DNA of 64,000 nt from an uncultured Verrucomicrobia subdivision 3 bacterium (GTDB taxonomy: Bacteria > Verrucomicrobiota > Verrucomicrobiia > Limisphaerales > UBA11358). Both the position numbers and the translations under genes were made by a program. Numbering within the stretch: the first letter of the stretch is position 1; every line of letters starts with the position of its first letter. Below the pieces are notes generated by a model that was not told the origin of the DNA, ran no database searches, and saw nothing but the letters and a program-made list of their open reading frames with translations. This document shows positions 27,948 through 37,252 of the stretch, in pieces. The stretch covers positions 10,953 through 74,952 of the forward strand of contig CAIPKV010000012.1 of assembly GCA_903865745.1 (NCBI GenBank). The letters run 5' to 3'.

Positions 27948-28603
27948 TTAGCCTTCTTCTTCACTGATGGTTTGGCCGCCCGGCCAATCTTCCTTCGCGT
28001 CGCGCGTTTTGCTTTCTTCTCAGATTTACCAGCCGGAGGGTGGGCAGCGTAGTGGTTTTTGCGCGCCAATAGCTGCAGGACCATTTCGTAGGGAATCAAA
28101 TCTGCCTTGCTGACATCATCGGCGGCTTTGGCCCCGTAGCAGACACGAAACAACTTCAGCAGCTCTTTTTCCTTCTCGATTCCAAGCAGTGTCCAGCCCT
28201 CTGGCCGGCCGGCAATCGGCTTCAATGCGTCCATGACTTTTTGCCGGCCTTGCTCGAAGGCCACAACTTTTGTCGAGGCTACTCCCATTTGTACATAATA
28301 CAGTTGCTCAGGTGTCGCTGCTTTGCGCGAGTAGCGCGGCCTGATCTGGTAGGCCTGCTGAAATGCCGTTATTTCAAGCAATCGCGGGGTGATTTCGGGC
28401 GATTTGTGAAGAATCCATGATTTGCGGACGAATGGTACGCGGCCGCCATGCACCAAATTGTGTCCCATCCCAATGAAGAGCAGGTAGGCATCGAGTTCCA
28501 ATTTCGCCTGATGCAGGTCAATTGGTGTAATTGCGTTGCCATCTTTGAACGAATCTTTGAACGAATGGCCCAACAGTTCAGGTGCGGAAGTTGATTTTGG
28601 CAT
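27944..28603 (-). CDS. Hypothetical protein
   Basis: Operonic ATGA overlap; basic C-terminal tail. Confidence 0.65.
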   Translation of the reverse strand: MPKSTSAPELLGHSFKDSFKDGNAITPIDLHQAKLELDAYLLFIGMGHNLVHGGRVPFVRKSWILHKSPEITPRLLEITAFQQAYQIRPRYSRKAATPEQLYYVQMGVASTKVVAFEQGRQKVMDALKPIAGRPEGWTLLGIEKEKELLKLFRVCYGAKAADDVSKADLIPYEMVLQLLARKNHYAAHPPAGKSEKKAKRATRRKIGRAAKPSVKKKAK

Positions 28604-28627
28604 ATTATTGATTTGTCATTGTTAAGG

Positions 28628-29779
28628 TTAAATTGTTTCTCGCAGTTTCATCCACAGTTTGCCCAGCCAGTTTTGACCGACCCACTGGCCGTTGATTTCG
28701 GCCATGCCCCAGTAAAAAGAATCTCCCCGGGGCCGCGCCGAGCAATCTTCGACAATCATTTTACGGCCCGTGGACTGTAGCAGTTTTTTTATTTCTTCGT
28801 GCTGCTCCCATTTCAGCCGGAGGCATTGGCGCATGATTTCCAGATCCACGTCCGAGTCGGGATTTTCCAGCAGACGGCGGTTCTTCTTGGCAATCATCTT
28901 GACGCCCATTGGCGACTTGCAAGCTGCCAGCTGCTTTTGAATGGCCGGGTGCCCGTCAAACCGCAGCACTTGAAACAGCGCTTCTGAAGTCCGATAGGTC
29001 ACGCCTTTGTGCAAAACGGAATGGGCCGACATGTTGCCCAACGCCCCGTATGGTTCATTGACGGCCCGTATCAAAACCATTTCCGGCATCTTCGGCAGCA
29101 CCGCCTTGTCCGCGATGGCTTTGTCCAGTTGCCGCAACAATTCCTTTTTGTCATCGGCTTCGGCCAGACTCTTCAGCTCGCGCAGCCAGGTCAAAAAAAT
29201 GTCCAAATCTGTGGTGTACGACTTCGGCGTGTAATAAGAATTCGGGCTTTTGACGGGCATCAATTTTACCACCGCCGCCCGAATCGTCGCCGCCGTCAAC
29301 ACTTGGCCGGGGGAATTCTTTGCCGCCGCCTGAAGCACCTTGACGCGCTCCTTTGGTTTCGCCCGGAGCAATTCGCGCATCTGGCCCTCGGTCTTCGGCA
29401 GTACAACCGTGCCAATTGGCACGGTCTTGAGGTCGGCTTCCAGTTTAGAAAATGCTTCGGCGGAGCGGACCAATCGGGTGCCGTAGTTGGCCGTAAAATC
29501 GAATCTGTCTCGGCAGTATGCCTCAAAAGTGGAATGTGTTTTCCGGTAAAGCTCTTCTTCTCGGATGTGCCAAAGCGCCTTGCAGACCTCGACAAATTTG
29601 TCGCCATGTTCGCGGATCACGGCCTCAAGTTGCTGCAGCCGCTTCTCCTGCTTTTCACCTAATTTTTGCAGTGGTTTTTCGACGTCGCCGTTTTGTCCGT
29701 TGCCGTTTCGAGCCGACGATTTTTCTATCGCCGCCTCCCTGCGCGCCGCTGGTGGTTTGCTGGTGGAATTCGTTTTCAT
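28628..29779 (-). CDS. DUF3102-like N-terminal domain fused to a NADAR (YbiA-like) domain
   Basis: LGNM...YRTSEALFQ...KWEQH..IKKLLQSTG..IVED...DSFYWG...GQNWLGKLWMKLR. Confidence 0.85.
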   Translation of the reverse strand: MKTNSTSKPPAARREAAIEKSSARNGNGQNGDVEKPLQKLGEKQEKRLQQLEAVIREHGDKFVEVCKALWHIREEELYRKTHSTFEAYCRDRFDFTANYGTRLVRSAEAFSKLEADLKTVPIGTVVLPKTEGQMRELLRAKPKERVKVLQAAAKNSPGQVLTAATIRAAVVKLMPVKSPNSYYTPKSYTTDLDIFLTWLRELKSLAEADDKKELLRQLDKAIADKAVLPKMPEMVLIRAVNEPYGALGNMSAHSVLHKGVTYRTSEALFQVLRFDGHPAIQKQLAACKSPMGVKMIAKKNRRLLENPDSDVDLEIMRQCLRLKWEQHEEIKKLLQSTGRKMIVEDCSARPRGDSFYWGMAEINGQWVGQNWLGKLWMKLRETI

Positions 29780-30423
29780 CCGCTTCCGAATGCCGATATT
29801 CCAGCATATTTAATGCCGTCAATACCGGTAATCCCCTTGCCATCAAAGGATTTTATCGCGCCCCGCCTGCCCGGTGCCGGCGCGTTTTTGATGGCACAAC
29901 AATTTTTGTTTTCAGCTTTACGATTTTTGCCGGTCAGAATTTTTCCGCTCGAATCAAATTGCCGGGACTGGCAGCCGTTGCCGCCCACCAGCTGTGGGTT
30001 GTTTCCCGCCAATACCACCGGGTTTCTCCCGCCACACGAGCCAAGCATCCCACGACCGGAATCAGTGCCATTCATCGCTCCGCTGTTCATCGCCCGACTG
30101 GTGACGCACCCCTTGTGCTGGTTTCCCAAATCGGCACGGCAGTTCCCCTGATTCTGCACCCGGCTGGCTTTTCCGTCTGAGTGGTCCGGTCGGTTAGTCG
30201 TGTTGCTCACCGTTATCTTTCCACCGCCTCTCGTTCCGCCGTTCCAGTTGCTCCGCGCATCGTTCACGCCATCGTTCCTCTGTCATTCCGTTGCTACTGC
30301 TCCGCCGCCTTGCTCTCTGTCCCTACCGGCTGCCGTTTGCCGCGTCATCGGGTCGTTTGTTTTAAGTCCCTTGTGAAAAACAAAACGCCCCGACAACCGG
30401 GGCCAACTAGAAAGAAAAAACGT

Positions 30424-30693
30424 ATGAGCAAACAAACGAACAAACCTGCAACCGCAACCAACACGCCGGAATCGAACAAGCCGGTTCACGAAATCCGGGT
30501 CAATGGCATCCGTGCCACCATCTGGAAAAACGACACCGACAAGGGGCCGCGTTTCAACACCACGTTCGAGCGCAGCTACCGCGACGGGGAAGAATGGAAG
30601 AAAACCGATTCCTACGGTCGCGAGGATTTGCTGGTTCTCGCGTATGTGGCGAAAGAAGCGTTCCGCTGGATTGTCAGCCAAAACAACAAGTAA
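30424..30693 (+). CDS. Small plasmid/ICE protein (putative ssDNA-binding)
   Basis: PVHEIRVNGIRATIWKN...TFERSYRDGEEWKKTDSY family pattern. Confidence 0.65.
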   Translation: MSKQTNKPATATNTPESNKPVHEIRVNGIRATIWKNDTDKGPRFNTTFERSYRDGEEWKKTDSYGREDLLVLAYVAKEAFRWIVSQNNK

Positions 30694-30740
30694 CCCACAA
30701 CGGCTGGCGGTCGGCAACGGCCGCCAGCCCCTTCAAATTT

Positions 30741-31019
30741 ATGATTCTCGCACAACCAAAATTTCCACTCGGCCAAATCGTGGCCACGCCGCACGCCCTG
30801 GGTAAATTGTCGGCTGCCGAAATTACCAACGCGCTGAACCGCCACCAGGCGGGCGACTGGGGCGACCTGGACAAAGATGACAAGTTGGAAAACGACATCG
30901 CCCTCGAAAAAGGTTTCCGCATTTTGTCGGCTTACACCGGCAACGACGGCATCAAATTCTGGATCATCACCGAATCGTCGCGGGCGGTCACGACCGTCCT
31001 ACTGCCGGAAGATTATTGA
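30741..31019 (+). CDS. Plasmid-related small protein
   Basis: FPLGQIVATPHAL...RHQAGDWGDL...RILSAY...TTVLLPEDY. Confidence 0.8.
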   Translation: MILAQPKFPLGQIVATPHALGKLSAAEITNALNRHQAGDWGDLDKDDKLENDIALEKGFRILSAYTGNDGIKFWIITESSRAVTTVLLPEDY

Positions 31020-31100
31020 TTCCATCACGAGCCTCTGCGCTGCGGAGGCCTTTTTGTTTCTACTTTTCGCCCGTGTTAAACTTCTGCTACCGTCCCCGCC

Positions 31101-34100
31101 ATGCCGAGCCGGGATGTTCAGGACTTTATCGCCCATTGGTCTGCCGCCAGCGCGTCCGAACGGGCCAACTCGCAACCGTTCCTTTTGGAACTGTGCGACC
31201 TGCTCGGTGTCCCCCGACCCGACCCGCATCCAGACAAAGGATATTTTTTCGAGTTTCCAATCGTTGAGCACCATCCCGATGGCACCACCAGCAACGGGCG
31301 TATTGACCTGTATCGCCGCGCGCATTTCGTTCTCGAATCCAAGCAGTTTCAGGAGCAGAAAGCCGAGGCCAGCCAGCTTGAACTCGCCGCCCAAGAAGCG
31401 GGCGTAGTCACTCGCAAAAAATCTTCCCAGCCCGTGCGCGGCACCGGCGCATGGGATGATGCGATGATGAAAGCGCGCGGCCAAGCCGAGCGATACGTCC
31501 GCGCCATTCCAGACGACAATCCCCCATTCATCATCGTCGTGGATGTCGGCCACTCGTTTGAAATCTACGCCGATTTTTCACAGGCCGGCAAAGCCTACCT
31601 GCCGTTTCCTGATCCGCGCACGTTCCGCGTCCGGCTCGCCGACCTTGCCGATGAAAAAATCCGCGAACGACTCCGGCTCATCTGGACTGACCCCGCCGCG
31701 CTCAACCCGGCGAAACGCTCTGCCGATGTCACCCGCGAAGTGTCCGGCCATCTGGCGGAACTTGCCAAATCTTTGGAGCAGGCCGGACACGAACCCGACA
31801 TCGTCGCTCAATTTCTCACGCGCTGTCTGTTTTGCATGTTCGCGGAGGATGTCGAATTGCTTCCCAAGGACAGCTTCACCGATTTGCTGGAATCACTGCC
31901 GGCCAACGGCGAAGGCTTTGAGGATGTCATGCGCCAGTTGTTCCGTGAAATGAACACCGGCACCGGCAAAGGCATCTCGGTTGTCTTACGGAAAAAATTG
32001 CTTCACTTCAACGGCGGGCTATTCGCTGACGATACCGTTTTGCCCATCAACGGACTGCAACTCGGCTTGCTCAAAGAAGCCGCCCGCCAGAATTGGGGCA
32101 ACGTCGAACCAGCCATTTTCGGCACGTTGTTGGAACGCGCCTTGAACCCGAACGAACGCCACCAGCTTGGCGCGCACTACACCCCGCGCGCCTACGTCGA
32201 ACGGCTGGTATTGCCCACCGTCATTGAACCGCTTCGTTCCGAATGGGAAAACGTCCGCGCCGCCGCACTGACCAAAGCCCGTGCGGGCGACCTGAAAAAA
32301 GCCCGCGCCGAGGTGAACGAGTTCCACGAACGCCTTTGCAAAGTCACTGTCCTCGACCCCGCTTGCGGCTCCGGCAATTTCCTTTACGTTGCTTTGCAAC
32401 ACTTGAAAGTCTTGGAGGGTGAAGTATTCGACGTGGCCGCGCAATTCGGCGATACGTTCCGGCTGGAATTGGAACGGCAGACAGTTGACCCGCATCAGTT
32501 CCTGGGCATTGAAATCAATCCGCGTGCGGCTTCCATTGCGGAGCTGGTTTTGTGGATTGGCTATTTGCAATGGCATTTCCGGTTGCACGGCAAACGCACG
32601 CCGCCGGAACCGATTTTGCGCGCGTTCAAAAATATTCAATGCCGTGACGCCGTATTGGAATACGACGGCGAACCGCAACCCGCCCGTGACGATGCCGGCA
32701 AAGATATCACTGTTTGGGACAGGCGCAGCAAAAAAACCGACCTTGTTACTGGCCGCGAAGTGCCGGATGAAACCAAGCGAGTGCCGTTGCTGACCTACAA
32801 AAATCCACGCCAGGCACAATGGCCATCGGCAGATTACATCGTCGGCAATCCGCCATTCATCGGCACGGCGCGGATGCGGGAAGATTTGGGCGATGGCTAT
32901 GCCGAGACACTGCGCGCAACTTATCCCGCCGTGCCGGAATCTGCTGATTTTGTTTTGTATTGGTGGCACAAGGCCGCCGAATCGACCCGCGCCGGCAAGG
33001 TGAATCGCTTTGGCCTCATCACCACCAACAGCTTACGTCAGACTTTTGCCCGGCGCGTGGTGCAGGCGCAACTATCCGCCAAGCCGCCGCTGTCTTTGCT
33101 CTTTGCCATTCCTGACCATCCGTGGGTGGACACGGCGGAAGGTGCGGCGGTGCGGATCGCGATGACTGTCGGCGCGGCGGGCGAACTGCCCGGCGAACTA
33201 CTGGAAGTGACCGGCGAAGAACCGCAGCCCGACGGTTCGGAAATAGTTTCATTCAAATCACATGTTGGAAAAATTTCCGCCGACCTTACCACCGGCGCGG
33301 ATGTAACGACCGCAGTTGAACTCAGGGCGAATGAAAATCTGACAAGTAGAGGCATGATGTTGTTTGGCGATGGGTTCATCGTCACGCCAGAAGAAGCCGA
33401 AAAACTTGGACTCGGAAAAGTTGGTGGCCTCGAAAAAATAATCCACCCGTATCGCAATGGACGCGATTTGGCAGACAAACCGCGCGGCGCATTTGTAATT
33501 GATTTGTTTGGACTGACGCCAAATCAAGTGCGTGACCAATATCCAGGGGTTTATCAACACGTTTTAACTCGCGTAAAACCAGAGCGTGACGCAAACCGTG
33601 ACAAATCAATCAGGGAAAACTGGTGGATTTTCGGACGGCCACGCACTGAAATACGTCCCGCGCTGGTCGGCATTTCGAGATACATTGCGACAGTTGAAAC
33701 ATCCAAACACCGTATATTTCAATTTCTCGAATCTGAAATTTTGCCGGACAACAAACTCGTCGTAATTGCACTTGATGATGGTTTCCATCTTGGCGTTTTA
33801 AGCAGTCGCATTCACGTTGTCTATTCGCTCGCCGCTGGCAGTTGGCTAGGCGTTGGCAACGACCCAGTTTATGCGAAGTCGCGCTGCTTCGATCCTTTTC
33901 CATTTCCGCTTTCCACCGAGGCGGAGCAAAAGTCGATCGGTAAGCTGGCGGAGAAATTGGACGCGCACCGCAAGCGCGTGCAAGCACAGCACGGCCTCAC
34001 TCTCACCGGCATTTACAACGTCCTCGAAAAAATCCGCGCCGGCGAAAAACTCACCGACAAGGAAAAAGTCATCCACGACGCCGGCCTCGTTTCCGTGCTG

Positions 34101-34556
34101 AAGCAGTTGCACGACGACCTCGATGCCGCCGTGTTCGCCGCCTACGGCTGGCCGGCCACGCTGACCGACGCCGAGATTTTGGAACGCCTGGTTGCCTTGA
34201 ACGCCGAGCGCGCCGCCGAGGAAAAGCGCGGCGTAATCCATTGGCTCCGCCCGGACTACCAAACCAAGTTGAATCCGGGTGTCACGCTTCCCGCCGAACT
34301 GCCATTCTCGCTCGACAAAAAATCCAAAAAGGCGAAAGCCACGGCGCAAAAGCCAAAGGGCAAGGAATCATGGCCGAAGAAAATGGCCGAGCGCGTGCAG
34401 GTGGTCGAAGCGGTGTTGCATCGCATCGGCACGGCCACGCCCGCCGAGTTGGCCGTGCAAATCAAACGTGCCAAGCCCGCCGATGTTGCCGAGATTTTGG
34501 AAACGCTCGTCACCATGGGCCGCGCCCGCGAGAAGAACGGAAAATTCAGCCGGTGA
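31101..34556 (+). CDS. MmeI-like type IIL/IIG restriction-modification enzyme (N6-adenine MTase)
   Basis: ERANSQPFL...GRIDLY...VLESK nuclease; VLDPACGSGNFL motif I; GNPPF motif IV; TRD. Confidence 0.9.
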   Translation: MPSRDVQDFIAHWSAASASERANSQPFLLELCDLLGVPRPDPHPDKGYFFEFPIVEHHPDGTTSNGRIDLYRRAHFVLESKQFQEQKAEASQLELAAQEAGVVTRKKSSQPVRGTGAWDDAMMKARGQAERYVRAIPDDNPPFIIVVDVGHSFEIYADFSQAGKAYLPFPDPRTFRVRLADLADEKIRERLRLIWTDPAALNPAKRSADVTREVSGHLAELAKSLEQAGHEPDIVAQFLTRCLFCMFAEDVELLPKDSFTDLLESLPANGEGFEDVMRQLFREMNTGTGKGISVVLRKKLLHFNGGLFADDTVLPINGLQLGLLKEAARQNWGNVEPAIFGTLLERALNPNERHQLGAHYTPRAYVERLVLPTVIEPLRSEWENVRAAALTKARAGDLKKARAEVNEFHERLCKVTVLDPACGSGNFLYVALQHLKVLEGEVFDVAAQFGDTFRLELERQTVDPHQFLGIEINPRAASIAELVLWIGYLQWHFRLHGKRTPPEPILRAFKNIQCRDAVLEYDGEPQPARDDAGKDITVWDRRSKKTDLVTGREVPDETKRVPLLTYKNPRQAQWPSADYIVGNPPFIGTARMREDLGDGYAETLRATYPAVPESADFVLYWWHKAAESTRAGKVNRFGLITTNSLRQTFARRVVQAQLSAKPPLSLLFAIPDHPWVDTAEGAAVRIAMTVGAAGELPGELLEVTGEEPQPDGSEIVSFKSHVGKISADLTTGADVTTAVELRANENLTSRGMMLFGDGFIVTPEEAEKLGLGKVGGLEKIIHPYRNGRDLADKPRGAFVIDLFGLTPNQVRDQYPGVYQHVLTRVKPERDANRDKSIRENWWIFGRPRTEIRPALVGISRYIATVETSKHRIFQFLESEILPDNKLVVIALDDGFHLGVLSSRIHVVYSLAAGSWLGVGNDPVYAKSRCFDPFPFPLSTEAEQKSIGKLAEKLDAHRKRVQAQHGLTLTGIYNVLEKIRAGEKLTDKEKVIHDAGLVSVLKQLHDDLDAAVFAAYGWPATLTDAEILERLVALNAERAAEEKRGVIHWLRPDYQTKLNPGVTLPAELPFSLDKKSKKAKATAQKPKGKESWPKKMAERVQVVEAVLHRIGTATPAELAVQIKRAKPADVAEILETLVTMGRAREKNGKFSR

Positions 34557-34563
34557 AAGCGTC

Positions 34564-35217
34564 ATGGATGTCCATGTCAAAATCCGTTTGCGCCTGAAGC
34601 TGAAAAAGCTGGAAACGCTCCACACAATTCTTCAGTCGTTCGCAAAGCATTCCCCAGGTTGGAAATGTGCACCAAAACAATCAGCTGATTATCAGAAGAT
34701 GCACGGAGCGCCGGCTGGATTCGTGGTTTGTGATTCGGTGCAAAGATTGGCACGAGCGGCAGTCGCGATTGCAAATGTGAACGAGAAGCATCCGCATAGC
34801 TTTGAAGTCACCAACATCGTCCCGCAGGAATGTTCCAGCCTCACGATGTCAGAATACAACGGCATCGGCACTGCATTTGCCAAGTCATTTAAGTTGTTTC
34901 TCAAATCCACGCGGCGCGACGGTGTTGTAAACATGGTTGGCCCAAAAATCAGTTTGGACAAAATCATTACCGCGCCTAAGTGCCGCCGATTTTTTGAAAA
35001 CTGGTTACAGACTCCAACGCCAACCAGCCACCCGTCTGATGTTCACGCGTTGGATAATTTCATCTGCGCCATTTTTCGGCATGGTGCTGATGTTGATTTG
35101 AACCGCCTAGGGCGACATCTGGTTGACGACCGCAAGTGGAAGGCCGATTCCGCCGCATGGGCAATGGAGCGAATCCAAACTGGTCTTGATGTTTTGCGTG
35201 CCAACCAGGGATTTTAA
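34564..35217 (+). CDS. Hypothetical protein
   Basis: 217 aa between the RM gene and the HEPN gene. Confidence 0.7.
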   Translation: MDVHVKIRLRLKLKKLETLHTILQSFAKHSPGWKCAPKQSADYQKMHGAPAGFVVCDSVQRLARAAVAIANVNEKHPHSFEVTNIVPQECSSLTMSEYNGIGTAFAKSFKLFLKSTRRDGVVNMVGPKISLDKIITAPKCRRFFENWLQTPTPTSHPSDVHALDNFICAIFRHGADVDLNRLGRHLVDDRKWKADSAAWAMERIQTGLDVLRANQGF

Positions 35218-35253
35218 TTGTGTCAACCAAATGAATGATTTGAGCAATGTGTT

Positions 35254-37245
35254 ATGATAAATCAAAAAATTGAATATTGGATTGATGTCTGGGCTGAGTT
35301 GATTCGGCACTTCAATAACAACCAATACGGATTAGAGTTAAATAATCCGCACGTTGCATTGGTTGTGCTCATTGACGAGATTGAAAACAATGAATTGCGG
35401 AACAAAGAAACGCGGGCATACCTGCTTACGACCATTGCCCACTTCCATAAGCACGACCCCATCATCAAAAAGTTTTTACCGACGGAATTCAGCTTGATAC
35501 TCCAAAGCTTCAGTAAAAATTCACAATACTATTTGTTACAGGCAGCCAAAGCAGTTATGCCGTTTTTCCGAGAGGGAAAATATTTTATTGAATCGTATAA
35601 TCAGTTGAAGGAAATCCTAGCCGATTCGAACTGGAAAACCGGCGATGAATCGCAGATAGATTCACTTTCCAATTCGTTGATTGTCGAATTATTGTTGAAA
35701 GGTTACAGCCTGAAGACAATTCAGGACATGCCACGCAATATATTTCAAGATGTCACAGAGAAGAGCCATCATTTTCCTACAGTCATTACTTGGGAGGACT
35801 GTGTTGATTTGGGAGAGGAGGGAAGAAATCAATACAAGTTAAAGCGAGAGGCCGAAACCAAAGATTTGGATCTGAACAAACGGCTATCGGCATTTACTAA
35901 TTATTTTACCAGGAAATCTTACGAACACATTTTCATCTTTTCGGTTGAGGGATTGAAAGGCGATGCGGAGATTCAGATTGGCCCCGTTACGTTTTATTCT
36001 CCGCGTTCTCGCTTATTTGTAAGGTTGAGTGGCGAGGCCAAAATGGATGAAATGCTTAAAAAGTTTGAAAAGTTCGGCCGGGAAAATGAAGAGTTTTTTT
36101 CAAACGCAGCTATTCGTTTGTCATGCATTGACCCGGAAACTGGCAAAAATCAGGCGGTGGAAATTGCGGATAAAGCTCTCGACCTGATTCGTAGCCGCTA
36201 CAATATTGAATGTCGGCTAAAGGTTTCAAGAAATCAGTATCTCCACCTCTCCAAAGACGGCGAAATGCGGGGAACTGGAAATTCTGCCGGGGAAAGCCTG
36301 CTCATCAGACTTCATGGATCATTCGAGCTTAAACATCTGGTGGAAGACGAGGAGAACAAAAACGATTTTAATGCAACCAGCAAATATTTATTTACCGCCA
36401 AGGACAAGCAAACAGCATTGGAACAAAAAATTACAGACTGCCTGCATTGGTTAAGAAAGGGTGAAGAGGCTGACAGACCGGAAGACCGGTTGCTTCATTA
36501 TTGGATAGTGATTGAAAAAGTATTTACGTTTCCAAGCACTGCGGCTCCGTTGTTAAAACCCGATGAAAAACTTGAACCCAAGTTGTTTTTGATAAGTGAG
36601 TTGTTATCAGCCGCAGTAGCCTATGGATTTATCTACCAAATCGGTAGAACCTTATATTTGAATCTTTGGCCGCTATTTAGCGACTCGCTGACTGCAGCAA
36701 TTCGCGGTCAAAAATACGTTTTGCCAAAAGAGATTGCAGAAAAATGTGGCTTTGTTCCGGGATTCACCGGCCAGGTCTCATTAAAAGATTTTCGTGAAAG
36801 CCTAGATGAAATCTGCAAGGCCATCGGTCAGCGAATAATTAAGAATCGGATTTTGCATGTAAAAAAGTTTTACGAAGATGGTGATTTTGCAAAGGAAGAA
36901 ATTAAAAGGGCTGTTTCACGGACAAAAGACGATGTGCTTTTGATTTACCGGTATCGCAACAGCATTGTTCACAACGCGCATTATGATGCCAATTTGCTGA
37001 TGCCGTTTGTTGAGAAGGCCGCAAAACTTGCCCAAACCGCAGTAAATATGCTCACACACGAAAGAGCAAAAAATCAGAGCGTCACCGTAGAAGAACTTTT
37101 CATATCGCGGTATTTGGAGGTGCAGAGAATTCTTGAACGGCTCGAAAAAAAATTGCCGATTGATTCTCTTGAGGTGCCGACCTGGAATGTTCCGTCGGCT
37201 CCTATTCAAAGCGCGAGCCAGCAGGCGAAGCCACCAACAAATTGA
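35254..37245 (+). CDS. Large HEPN-domain protein (ApeA-like, putative RNase)
   Basis: LHWLRKG...RLLHYWIVIE helix plus RNSIVH (RxxxxH); lower GC. Confidence 0.65.
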   Translation: MINQKIEYWIDVWAELIRHFNNNQYGLELNNPHVALVVLIDEIENNELRNKETRAYLLTTIAHFHKHDPIIKKFLPTEFSLILQSFSKNSQYYLLQAAKAVMPFFREGKYFIESYNQLKEILADSNWKTGDESQIDSLSNSLIVELLLKGYSLKTIQDMPRNIFQDVTEKSHHFPTVITWEDCVDLGEEGRNQYKLKREAETKDLDLNKRLSAFTNYFTRKSYEHIFIFSVEGLKGDAEIQIGPVTFYSPRSRLFVRLSGEAKMDEMLKKFEKFGRENEEFFSNAAIRLSCIDPETGKNQAVEIADKALDLIRSRYNIECRLKVSRNQYLHLSKDGEMRGTGNSAGESLLIRLHGSFELKHLVEDEENKNDFNATSKYLFTAKDKQTALEQKITDCLHWLRKGEEADRPEDRLLHYWIVIEKVFTFPSTAAPLLKPDEKLEPKLFLISELLSAAVAYGFIYQIGRTLYLNLWPLFSDSLTAAIRGQKYVLPKEIAEKCGFVPGFTGQVSLKDFRESLDEICKAIGQRIIKNRILHVKKFYEDGDFAKEEIKRAVSRTKDDVLLIYRYRNSIVHNAHYDANLLMPFVEKAAKLAQTAVNMLTHERAKNQSVTVEELFISRYLEVQRILERLEKKLPIDSLEVPTWNVPSAPIQSASQQAKPPTN

Positions 37246-37252
37246 TGCAAAA

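Noticed and set aside
29780-30420. LexA/SOS control of the dinB operon
   Set aside because: No TGTTC-N4-GAACA found by eye; needs a formal motif scan
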